Shown here one piece after another: positions 16,705-24,867 of a DNA stretch of 29,237 nt; the stretch's first letter is position 1; each line of letters starts with the position of its first letter. The DNA is from Flavobacteriales bacterium. Lineage in GTDB: Bacteria; Bacteroidota; Bacteroidia; Flavobacteriales_D; Sanyastnellaceae. The notes under the pieces were generated by a model. That model made no database searches, was not told the DNA's origin, and saw nothing but the letters and a program-made list of their open reading frames with translations. The translations under genes and the position numbers were made by a program. The DNA is taken from contig JAPKBK010000001.1 in NCBI GenBank assembly GCA_028823435.1, positions 1-29,237 on the forward strand, read 5' to 3'.

Positions 16705-19238
16705 GCTATGATAAACTTGGCGCTGTTTGTTGTGCGTTGGTTTTGATACCAAACCGCCACATAAGACCCCTCGGACCAACCCTCTAGATCGAGAGAAACC
16801 TCAACATTCTCGATGAGAGATTTGCTGAGAATCACCCTTCCATTGATGTCCCAAATTTTGATTAAATCGGCCTCAAAATCGCTTTTTAAGGTGATTGATG
16901 TAGATGCTGGAGAAGGAAATGCAGTGGCTGTAGCGCTCGCTAAATCAGGCGCATCGATAGAAAGAGAAATGTCACCATTTGCAAAGGCGTATTGTCCTTT
17001 TCTCAGTGATGAAACTTTGAAAACACCGTTGCCGTTTGTCAACGACCCTGCCTGCCATGTGTAGTCCGGATATTGCACCCATGTAGCGGCTGAATGAGGT
17101 CGCCACGCGAGGAAAGCACTTTCCTCATCGCCATAGAAAAGATCGTAATCTAAACCCTCGTCGTTGTTGCCGACATAGGAGAACCGCGCGTCGATCGTGA
17201 GGGCCTCGGTCCCTTCGACTCCGTCTTCCCAAGTTCCGTCCACAGTCCAAAAATGTGTCGCACTTATTTCGTCGACATAAAACGCTGTGGGCTCACTGTC
17301 GGGAGCGGCCCAATGATGTTCAATTCGAGCGATGACGCTGTCCGTAATGTTGTCGCACCCCAGTCTCATTTCAACCCAAGGCATCGTTGATAATCCTGTC
17401 GCTTCGGTAATTGCTACGGTGTGATCTAACCTTCCTTGGTTGAGCTTTCCGTCAGCATTAAGTGCGATGAGGACATAGGGTTCGGGGTGTGAAATTGTCA
17501 CCTCATCATACGCTCCCCCAACACGCACTTCTACAAGCGTTGTGTCCCATTCGGCATTCCAAAGCGTAACATCGAGCGGTTCATTCTCGTGGAAATGAGT
17601 GCAAGCACGTAGCTTTTGGTTTAAATACAGCGTGGTTTCAAACCCATCACCCCCAGCTCCTGTTTCAGTAACAGTGGAGTCAATGAGCCAAGTAGAAAAG
17701 CCAGGCTGGTAAATTTGTGCATCGAAAAAAGGATCAAGATCCAACCCGGTGACATCCTCAAGCGTGAGACGAAAGACCTCTGCATCCATGTGGCTGTCGA
17801 AGTGGGTAGAAATAACCGATTGGCATGCGCTGCGGTACAGTTCGTCACCGAGATATGCTCTGAGGTTGTGATGTATAGACGCGCCCTTGTAATACGTGGT
17901 GCGGCCGTAAATTTGCGCGTCCGGCATCGGAGAAAGAGGATGGAAACCCTCGTCCTGTATGTGGCACTCCTCTAACACAAACTGCTGATTGTCTTTCACA
18001 AGATCAATAAATTCCCCGTGCCCATCTTTAAGTTCAATAAAAAGATGGCTGGAGTATTCAGCCGGGCCTTCTTTAATCCACATGTGGTTATGAATCGTGG
18101 GAGCCACGAGGTCTCCCCACCAAAGGTGACCGAGTTCGTGAGAAAAAAGATCACCATTCGCACTCACGCTTTGCTCGATCATAAAGCGTGGATAGGAGAT
18201 ATTTGTCGGGACTTCCAATGCCCCATCTGTGGTAAGAACATACCCCACTCTTTCCCATGCATAAGGTCCCCACCAGTATTCGAGCGCATCGATGGCGTAT
18301 CCGATGTCAATGAATTTATTTGACATGAGGTTGATGTCCTCCGCTTTGGCGGTAAGCCTAACAGGAATGTCTCCATATTCTCCTGTATGGACGAAGTTGC
18401 TGTCGACATAGGTAGACACAGCAAACGCAGCCTGGTGAGTCGTAATGGGGTGTTCGAGGATGAAGCTCCGGGTTAATGTGTCTCCTTCTTCAAACGTCTC
18501 TCCCAGAAAGGTTCCTTGAAGGTGGGCTTTCATTCCGTCTGCGCTTCGGATGTTCCAAGAGTATGTCGCCCTTTCCACAAAGTTATCGAAGCATGGATGC
18601 CAAACCTTGCCGTAATTCGGGGGGATGCTTGTAAGACCAATCCCCATGTGGTAGATGTATCCAGCAGTAAAGTAGACCCCTCCCCAAGAAGGATCCTGTC
18701 CAGGGTGTCCGCCATAGAAGACTTCTATTTCGTGGGCATCCCCGGATTGAAAAACAGCGTTCGGAGAAGGAACAATGAGTCGCCCGTTTTCGTGAACGAA
18801 CCCAGAACTTGCCCCATCGATATTAACAGAGTCAACAGTTAATGACACGAGATCAAACCAAATCTCTTCCGCGCCACTTTCAATAACGGCGACCGTAATC
18901 AGGGCTCTGGCCTGCATCTGCTGTAGGCCGTAGTTTGTAAGGTCGAGATCCAAAGCGTAATGAACAATATCGAACGTGTCGCTTCTCGAAATCGATTCCG
19001 ACATGTCGTAATTTTCTACGAAAGACCTGTTGCTTAAAGCGTTCATGCCGTCGCCCACTTCAGAATGCACATGGCCATTCAAACCCAAACCCCGACACCC
19101 CATGGGAGAGAACACCCTTTGATTGGTCGTGTATTCAGACAAATTCTTAATTTTTGTTTGGCCAAAAGAAGGTGTAGAATTCGCGGTGAGGCTGAATAAA
19201 ATCACGAATACCGCAAAAGAGTGTGTAAGTCGTTGCAT
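16698..19238 (-). CDS. M1-family zinc metallo-aminopeptidase with T9SS C-terminal sorting domain
   Basis: HELGH-x18-E (HELGHLWWGDLVAPTIHNHMWIKE) at 18140-18126, GALEV exopeptidase-motif variant, YYKGA tyrosine motif, signal peptide ending SFG|Q, and CTD FPSPAS...IWDINGR...GSY...KFII. ATG 19238 is preferred over GTG 19244. Confidence 0.9.
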   Translation of the reverse strand: MQRLTHSFAVFVILFSLTANSTPSFGQTKIKNLSEYTTNQRVFSPMGCRGLGLNGHVHSEVGDGMNALSNRSFVENYDMSESISRSDTFDIVHYALDLDLTNYGLQQMQARALITVAVIESGAEEIWFDLVSLTVDSVNIDGASSGFVHENGRLIVPSPNAVFQSGDAHEIEVFYGGHPGQDPSWGGVYFTAGYIYHMGIGLTSIPPNYGKVWHPCFDNFVERATYSWNIRSADGMKAHLQGTFLGETFEEGDTLTRSFILEHPITTHQAAFAVSTYVDSNFVHTGEYGDIPVRLTAKAEDINLMSNKFIDIGYAIDALEYWWGPYAWERVGYVLTTDGALEVPTNISYPRFMIEQSVSANGDLFSHELGHLWWGDLVAPTIHNHMWIKEGPAEYSSHLFIELKDGHGEFIDLVKDNQQFVLEECHIQDEGFHPLSPMPDAQIYGRTTYYKGASIHHNLRAYLGDELYRSACQSVISTHFDSHMDAEVFRLTLEDVTGLDLDPFFDAQIYQPGFSTWLIDSTVTETGAGGDGFETTLYLNQKLRACTHFHENEPLDVTLWNAEWDTTLVEVRVGGAYDEVTISHPEPYVLIALNADGKLNQGRLDHTVAITEATGLSTMPWVEMRLGCDNITDSVIARIEHHWAAPDSEPTAFYVDEISATHFWTVDGTWEDGVEGTEALTIDARFSYVGNNDEGLDYDLFYGDEESAFLAWRPHSAATWVQYPDYTWQAGSLTNGNGVFKVSSLRKGQYAFANGDISLSIDAPDLASATATAFPSPASTSITLKSDFEADLIKIWDINGRVILSKSLIENVEVSLDLEGWSEGSYVAVWYQNQRTTNSAKFIIAH

Positions 19239-19263
19239 AGCCACAAAGTACGACGGACCTTTA
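19233..19263 (+). promoter_or_regulatory. Candidate promoter TTG-N20-GACCTTTA, 4 nt before the FKBP ATG
   Basis: TTG at 19233-19235 (inside the M1 coding sequence), GACCTTTA at 19256-19263, then CGGT-ATG. The -7 match is imperfect. Confidence 0.4.
19243..19250 (-). promoter_or_regulatory. Candidate -7 element TACTTTGT, 4 nt before the M1 peptidase ATG
   Basis: Minus strand TACTTTGT-GGCT-ATG; TTTC at 19274-19271 lies 20 nt upstream. Confidence 0.5.
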
Positions 19264-19267
19264 CGGT

Positions 19268-19741
19268 ATGGAAAAAATAATTGTAGCCCCAGGGAAGTTT
19301 ATTGAGATTGAATATATCTTAAGTGAAGCAACGGAAGACGGTCAATTGGGAGAATTGCTGGAAGAGTGCCCTGCTGAACAAGCCTTTGGGTTCAACGTTG
19401 GCTCAGGAGAAGTCCTAGAATCATTTGAAAAAGCGCTTAGCGGACTGCAAGCCGGCGAACCTTTTGAAGTTGCTATTTCTTGCATAGATGCATATGGGCC
19501 CACTACAGAGGACGCCATTGTGATGATCCCTAAAAATGTGTTTGAGATTGATGGTGAATTCGACGAAGAGAATATCAAAGTCGGAGAGGCAATCCCCATG
19601 AACGATGAAGAAGGAAATGAAATTTTCGGTGTTGTAGTTGACGTTTTGGAAGACGAAGTACAGATGGATTTCAACCATCCATTTGCAGACTTGGACCTTC
19701 ATTTTTCTGGTCGAATTTGTGATATTAGAGAAGAAGCCTAA
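19268..19741 (+). CDS. slyD: FKBP-type peptidyl-prolyl isomerase, SlyD-like, with IF chaperone domain and no His/Cys tail
   Basis: IEYIL, F.VGSGEV..SFEKAL.G...GE, DAYG, insert-in-flap segment, and MDFNHPFAD.DLHFSG (NHPLAG variant). Confidence 0.85.
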   Translation: MEKIIVAPGKFIEIEYILSEATEDGQLGELLEECPAEQAFGFNVGSGEVLESFEKALSGLQAGEPFEVAISCIDAYGPTTEDAIVMIPKNVFEIDGEFDEENIKVGEAIPMNDEEGNEIFGVVVDVLEDEVQMDFNHPFADLDLHFSGRICDIREEA

Positions 19742-19757
19742 ACCACGCTCTTAGGTG

Positions 19758-19765
19758 TAACTTCG
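19758..19765 (+). promoter_or_regulatory. -7 element TAACTTCG, 4 nt before the thiL ATG
   Basis: TAACTTCG-CACC-ATG; identical octamer and spacing to glmS. Confidence 0.6.
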
Positions 19766-19769
19766 CACC

Positions 19770-20798
19770 ATGGAACGTACGGAGATACAAGAATTGGGAG
19801 AGTTCGCTTTAATAAATCGACTCACGCAAGAATTAAAGAATAACGCACCATCTACTTTGTTAGGTGTGGGTGATGACGCAGCGGTAATTGACCCTTTAGG
19901 CAAACGCGTTGTTGTCTCGACAGACATGCTTGTGGAAGGCGTGCATTTCGATTTAAGCTATGTGCCGTTAAAACATTTGGGATATAAAGCCGTAATCTCA
20001 AACATCAGTGATGTGTGTGCGATGAATGCCAAACCTACTCAAATCGTAGTAGGCTTAGGTGTCTCAAATAGGTTTTCTGTCGAAGCTCTCGAGGAATTGT
20101 ACGATGGAATCAAGACCGCGTGTCAGCTTTACGAAGTAGACCTCGTAGGAGGAGATACAACCTCGATTCCCTCAGGACTTACCTTGTCTGTTACAGCTTT
20201 GGGGCTTGTCGATGCAGATAAAATTGTAACACGCTCAGGAGCCAGTGCAGGAGATTTGCTTGTGGTTTCAGGAGAGCTTGGGTCTGCGTACTTGGGCCTA
20301 CAAGTTCTAGAGCGTGAAAAAGAAGTCTTCAAGGAAGCCCCAACAGCACAACCAGAACTCAAAGACCACAGCTATATTATTGAACGTCAACTGAAGCCGG
20401 AGGCGAGGACAGACATCATTAGAGAGCTTGCAGACCTTGAGATTAAACCTACAAGCATGATCGATATCTCTGACGGTTTGGCCTCAGAATGCCTTCATAT
20501 CGTCGCAGCGAGTGGAGTAGGGGTTCGTGTATATGAGGAGAAACTCCCCATGGATCCCAAAACATATGATACTGCACGTGAATTCAACTTGGACCCTACG
20601 GTGTGCATGCTAAGCGGTGGAGAAGATTATGAGCTTTTATTTACGGTGCATCAAGATGATTTCGAAAAAATACGCAACCACCCCAAACTCTCTATTATCG
20701 GTCACATGACTGAGGATGTCAATGAGCAAGTCATGGTGACCAACAGTGGCCAAGACATCACGCTCAAAGCGCAGGGTTGGGACAGTATAAAAGCGTAA
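19770..20798 (+). CDS. thiL: Thiamine-monophosphate kinase
   Basis: GEFALI, GVGDDAAV, STDMLVEGVHF, NISDVCAMNA, LVGGDT, MIDISDGLASE, GGEDYELLFT. Confidence 0.97.
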   Translation: MERTEIQELGEFALINRLTQELKNNAPSTLLGVGDDAAVIDPLGKRVVVSTDMLVEGVHFDLSYVPLKHLGYKAVISNISDVCAMNAKPTQIVVGLGVSNRFSVEALEELYDGIKTACQLYEVDLVGGDTTSIPSGLTLSVTALGLVDADKIVTRSGASAGDLLVVSGELGSAYLGLQVLEREKEVFKEAPTAQPELKDHSYIIERQLKPEARTDIIRELADLEIKPTSMIDISDGLASECLHIVAASGVGVRVYEEKLPMDPKTYDTAREFNLDPTVCMLSGGEDYELLFTVHQDDFEKIRNHPKLSIIGHMTEDVNEQVMVTNSGQDITLKAQGWDSIKA

Positions 20799-20810
20799 AC
20801 GAGCAAATAC

Positions 20811-22727
20811 ATGTGTGGCATAGCTGGCGTTTTCGGAATTGAGAACTTCCCAGAGGGGGAGGCACACTCCGTAGCGTTAAAAATGGTGGAAGCGATGTCT
20901 CACCGTGGCCCAAATTCCAAGGGCACTTGGTCTGACAACAAAAACCTGTCGTTGGGCCATTCTCGTCTTTGCATCTTCGATACGGAGTCCTCAGAAGCGA
21001 ATCAACCTCTTATAGACAAACCTTCCGGAGACGCACTTGTTTTCAATGGCGAGATCTACAACTTTCGCTCACTACGCGCTGAATTACAAACTTCAAAAGA
21101 GTGCAACCACACGTTTAAAACGACCGGAGATTCAGAAGTTTTGTTTGCTGCTCTTCGGTCTTGGGGACTGGATAGAACCCTTCACAAGCTAGACGGCATG
21201 TTTGCCTTTGCGTGGTGGAATGCAGCCGAGGAAAAATTGTCACTGGCGCGAGATAGATTTGGCATTAAGCCGCTTTACTGGTCCTCAGAAAACGAAAAAG
21301 GTGCCATCCTATTTGCCTCAGAAGTTAGAAGTTTACTTGCTTCTGAATGCATCGCGCGTCGCGTAAATAAAAATGCATTAACGGATTATCTGAGATATTC
21401 TACAGTGCACGCGCCTGACACGATTGTCAAGGATATAAAATTATTGGAAGCGGGTTGTGCGATAGAAATACAGGATGAATCCACAGATGTTTTCCGTTGG
21501 TGGAACACAGCCACTGAAGCACAAAAGGCAAAGCGGGACCTCTCCCCGGCAAACGATTCGGATGCGATTGCAAAAGACCTTCGGGAGACCCTTACTGCTT
21601 CTGTTGAAGCGAGAATGCAATCCGATGTTCCCATTGGGGCGTTTCTTTCAGGTGGGATTGACTCCACAGCGATTGTTGGTCTTATGTCTGAAATTTCAGA
21701 CAAGCCCATCAACACATTTACAGTGGCGATTGATGATGCTTCTTTAGATGAAAGTCAGATTGCGCGTCAAGTTTCCGAAAAATTCCAGACCCAACATCAC
21801 GAAATCCATTTGACCACGGATGATGTACTTGAAAAAGTTCCCGCGGCCCTTGCGGCGATGGACCATCCTTCTTTTGATGGGCTGAACACCTACATCGTAA
21901 GCGGGGCGACACAAGAGGCCGGAATCACCGTGGCATTAAGTGGTTTAGGTTCGGATGAAATATTTGCGGGCTACCCCGTTTTCGATCGATCTGTACAACT
22001 CATGAAACATCAATGGATTGGTTCATGGCCGAGAGGTTTGCGACGTCTTGTGGGAATGTCATACCACACCCTTTTTCCAGGAGAGGGGTCAAGAAAACGC
22101 GCAGAAATCCTCGCGGGCAATTATTTTGCCCTCGAACATACATACCCACTGTCTCGTCAACTTTTTCTGGACGCAGATGTAAAACAGATCCTCGGTTCAA
22201 AAAGCCTTGCGAACAATGCTGTTTTCGAGTGGATCACAGATTCCATTAGGCCGGGAACAGACGCCTTCTCCCTTCCATTTTTAAGCAAGGTTTCCCTTGC
22301 GGAACTCCACACATATCTGGGACATACACTTTTGAGAGACACCGACACGTTCAGTATGGCGCACTCCTTAGAGGTTCGAACACCATTTCTGGACCACAAA
22401 TTGGTCACGAAAGTTCTCGCTTTGCCAGACAGCCTCAAGCCTCCCCGTTCCGAATCTCAGCCACCCAAGTCTCTTCTCGTAAAGTCTCTTGAGGGCATAG
22501 TTTCAGAGGATATTTCAATGAGAGAGAAGCAAGGGTTTGTACTTCCTTGGGATGCCTGGCTTAAGGGCCCTTTAGACCAAATATATTCGGAGGGAATTGA
22601 TGCCCTTGCGTCATCTGAATTAATCCAGGCGCGAGCGTTACAGAAGATTCTGTCCACTTCAACATGGAGCCGTAAGTGGAGCTTGTCGGTTCTTGGATAC
22701 TATATCAAGCGTCATGGACTCAGATAA
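20811..22727 (+). CDS. asnB: AsnB-family class II glutamine amidotransferase (asparagine-synthase-like, glycan-cluster type)
   Basis: MCGIAG, HRGP, FNGEIYN, GMFAF, RDRFGIKPLY, FLSGGIDS, SGLGSDEIFAGY, LLRDTD..SMAHSLEVR.PFLDH. The substrate is uncertain. Confidence 0.9.
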   Translation: MCGIAGVFGIENFPEGEAHSVALKMVEAMSHRGPNSKGTWSDNKNLSLGHSRLCIFDTESSEANQPLIDKPSGDALVFNGEIYNFRSLRAELQTSKECNHTFKTTGDSEVLFAALRSWGLDRTLHKLDGMFAFAWWNAAEEKLSLARDRFGIKPLYWSSENEKGAILFASEVRSLLASECIARRVNKNALTDYLRYSTVHAPDTIVKDIKLLEAGCAIEIQDESTDVFRWWNTATEAQKAKRDLSPANDSDAIAKDLRETLTASVEARMQSDVPIGAFLSGGIDSTAIVGLMSEISDKPINTFTVAIDDASLDESQIARQVSEKFQTQHHEIHLTTDDVLEKVPAALAAMDHPSFDGLNTYIVSGATQEAGITVALSGLGSDEIFAGYPVFDRSVQLMKHQWIGSWPRGLRRLVGMSYHTLFPGEGSRKRAEILAGNYFALEHTYPLSRQLFLDADVKQILGSKSLANNAVFEWITDSIRPGTDAFSLPFLSKVSLAELHTYLGHTLLRDTDTFSMAHSLEVRTPFLDHKLVTKVLALPDSLKPPRSESQPPKSLLVKSLEGIVSEDISMREKQGFVLPWDAWLKGPLDQIYSEGIDALASSELIQARALQKILSTSTWSRKWSLSVLGYYIKRHGLR

Positions 22728-23874
22728 AACCCGCATCCTCGTTTCTACGGAGTGGTTCCCCCCAGCTTTTAAGGCTGGAGGCCCCATCAGAAGCGTCTTT
22801 AATCTCATTCTTGCGATGAAGTCGGATGGTGGGAACCCAGACCTTGAGTTTTTTGTGCTTTCTGGGGCATATGACTTGGGAGAAGAAGAGAAGATGGAAG
22901 GAGTGGAAGAAGGAGTTTGGTCTGACTTGGAAGGCACACCAGGGGTTCACGTCAGATATGAAAACCGCTTAAATTGGAGGAAATCAAATTGGAAGCATGT
23001 GTTTGAAGAGGTCAAGCCAGACGTGCTCTACTTGAACAGTCTGTTCAGCCTCGCATTTACGCTTAGGCCCTTACAAATAGCACGTGCGAAAGGCGTAAAA
23101 ACAGTGCTTGCTCCCCGTGGCATGTTGGGGGCGGGCGCGCTTGAAATCAAACCTTTGAAGAAGTTTGTTTTTCTCAGCCTTGCTAGAAATTTAGATTTCT
23201 TTCGTGGTGTAGAATTTCATGCAAGTACTGAAGAGGAAGTACGTGAAGTGAACATGCATGTTCCAGGCAAAAAGGTTTTTGTGGCTAGAAATTTCTCGGA
23301 CCCCACCCTTAACCCCCTCCCCACAACACCCCTTTCAGGATCCATCAACTTGCTATGTCTTGGAAGGGTCCATCAAAAAAAAAACCTGCTGTTTGCAGTT
23401 AAAATATTGTCAGAAATGAACCTGAATGGCAGAAAGGTGTGTGTCAATATCGTGGGCCCGTCCGAGGATGAAAATTATCTAAATTCAATCCTTCGTTTTT
23501 CCAACGCTAGCCTAGATATTTCCTACTCAGGAACCGTTTCTCACCAAGGCTTACATGAGGTATTTAAGAACACGCACTTCCTCCTAATGCCCACCATGCA
23601 TGAAAACTACGGCCATGCAATCATCGAATCTTGGGGGTTTGGCAGGCCTGTCCTCCTTAGTGACAAGACCCCTTGGCGAGATTTACAAAAGAAGGGATTG
23701 GGCTACTGTACGCCACTTGTCTCTGCGCTTTGGGAAGCGGTTTTTAAGGAAATCCTCCTTGTATCAGAGCCTGATTTAAAAGACATGTCAGCGACGTGTC
23801 ACGCGCATTATCAAGACCTTGTGTTTGACCCTGAAACGCTAAAGGCAAACAGGGTTATTTTCACATCCAATTAG
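22714..23874 (+). CDS. GT4-family (GT-B) glycosyltransferase
   Basis: F.PAFKAGGPIRS N-terminal motif, LAPRGML, GRVHQKKNL, and E-x7-E signature ENYGHAIIE. ATG 22714 overlaps the asnB stop (the ORF track uses TTG 22693). Confidence 0.9.
   Translation: MDSDKTRILVSTEWFPPAFKAGGPIRSVFNLILAMKSDGGNPDLEFFVLSGAYDLGEEEKMEGVEEGVWSDLEGTPGVHVRYENRLNWRKSNWKHVFEEVKPDVLYLNSLFSLAFTLRPLQIARAKGVKTVLAPRGMLGAGALEIKPLKKFVFLSLARNLDFFRGVEFHASTEEEVREVNMHVPGKKVFVARNFSDPTLNPLPTTPLSGSINLLCLGRVHQKKNLLFAVKILSEMNLNGRKVCVNIVGPSEDENYLNSILRFSNASLDISYSGTVSHQGLHEVFKNTHFLLMPTMHENYGHAIIESWGFGRPVLLSDKTPWRDLQKKGLGYCTPLVSALWEAVFKEILLVSEPDLKDMSATCHAHYQDLVFDPETLKANRVIFTSN
23375..23384 (+). repeat. A10 homopolymer inside the GT4 coding sequence
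   Basis: CAT CAA AAA AAA AAC CTG. It is the longest homopolymer I found in the window and is currently in frame. Confidence 0.9.
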
Positions 23875-23895
23875 ATCGCAATTAAACCTCCGCCC

Positions 23896-24867
23896 ATGTC
23901 CGCCCCAAAACACACTTCTAATCGTATTTCGACTCTTTTCGGGATAAAATACCCCATCATTCAAGGAGGTATGGTGTGGTGCGCTGGATGGGAATTGGCC
24001 AGCGCAGTGAGCAATGCTGGAGGTTTGGGGATTATAGGTGCGGGGAGCATGTACCCAGATGTTTTAAAAGACCAAATAAAAAAATGCCAAGCGGCGACAT
24101 CCCTGCCTTTTGCGGTGAATATCCCACTGCTCTACCCAGCGGTGGAGGAGCACATGGAGACGATTGTTGCGCTGAAGGTCCCCATTGTTTTTACAAGCGC
24201 CGGGAGCCCTAAAACATGGACTTCACATTTAAAATCTCATGGCATTAAAGTCGTCCATGTGGTAAGTAGCTCAGCCTTTGCCATTAAATCTGAGTTGGCT
24301 GGTGTAGATGCGGTTGTTGCTGAGGGGTTTGAGGCTGGCGGCCACAACGGCAGAGAAGAAACGACGACAATGTGTCTGATCCCTGCGGTATCTCAAGTCT
24401 GTCACATCCCCGTAATCGCAGCCGGCGGGTTACACGATGGAAAATCCATTCTTGCCGCAATGGTCCTTGGCGCTGAGGGTGCGCAATTGGGATCTCGATT
24501 TGTGGCTTCTGAGGAGTCATCGGCTCACCGCGCATTTAAGGATGCAGTCCTTTCAGCAAATGAAGGGTCGACAACCTTTACCCTGAAGGAGCTTACCCCT
24601 GTACGCATGCTTCACAACGCCCTTTTTAAAGCGGTGGTACAAGCGCAACAAAACGGCGCCACTCCTGAGCGGCTCAAAGAGATCATGGGGCGAGGCAAAG
24701 CAAAGAAGGGAATGTTTGAGGGTGACATTGAAAATGGAGAACTTGAGATAGGTCAAATTGCTTCACTGCTTAAATCCGTGCGCCCTGCAGCGGAGATTAT
24801 TTCAGAGATTGTGAATGACTACCGCAAAATAGGAGGGGCCAAGCTCGGTCAGCGTTTCGAATTTTAG
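23896..24867 (+). CDS. FMN-dependent oxidoreductase, FabK / nitronate monooxygenase family
   Basis: PIIQGGMVW, AVSNAGGLG, PFAVNI, EGFEAGGH, PVIAAGG, GA.G.Q.GSRF, ELEIGQ. Confidence 0.9.
   Translation: MSAPKHTSNRISTLFGIKYPIIQGGMVWCAGWELASAVSNAGGLGIIGAGSMYPDVLKDQIKKCQAATSLPFAVNIPLLYPAVEEHMETIVALKVPIVFTSAGSPKTWTSHLKSHGIKVVHVVSSSAFAIKSELAGVDAVVAEGFEAGGHNGREETTTMCLIPAVSQVCHIPVIAAGGLHDGKSILAAMVLGAEGAQLGSRFVASEESSAHRAFKDAVLSANEGSTTFTLKELTPVRMLHNALFKAVVQAQQNGATPERLKEIMGRGKAKKGMFEGDIENGELEIGQIASLLKSVRPAAEIISEIVNDYRKIGGAKLGQRFEF

Noticed and set aside
16219-16779. 186-aa antisense ORF over DUF4837 and the M1 3' end
   Set aside because: It overlaps two real genes and has no protein-like motifs.
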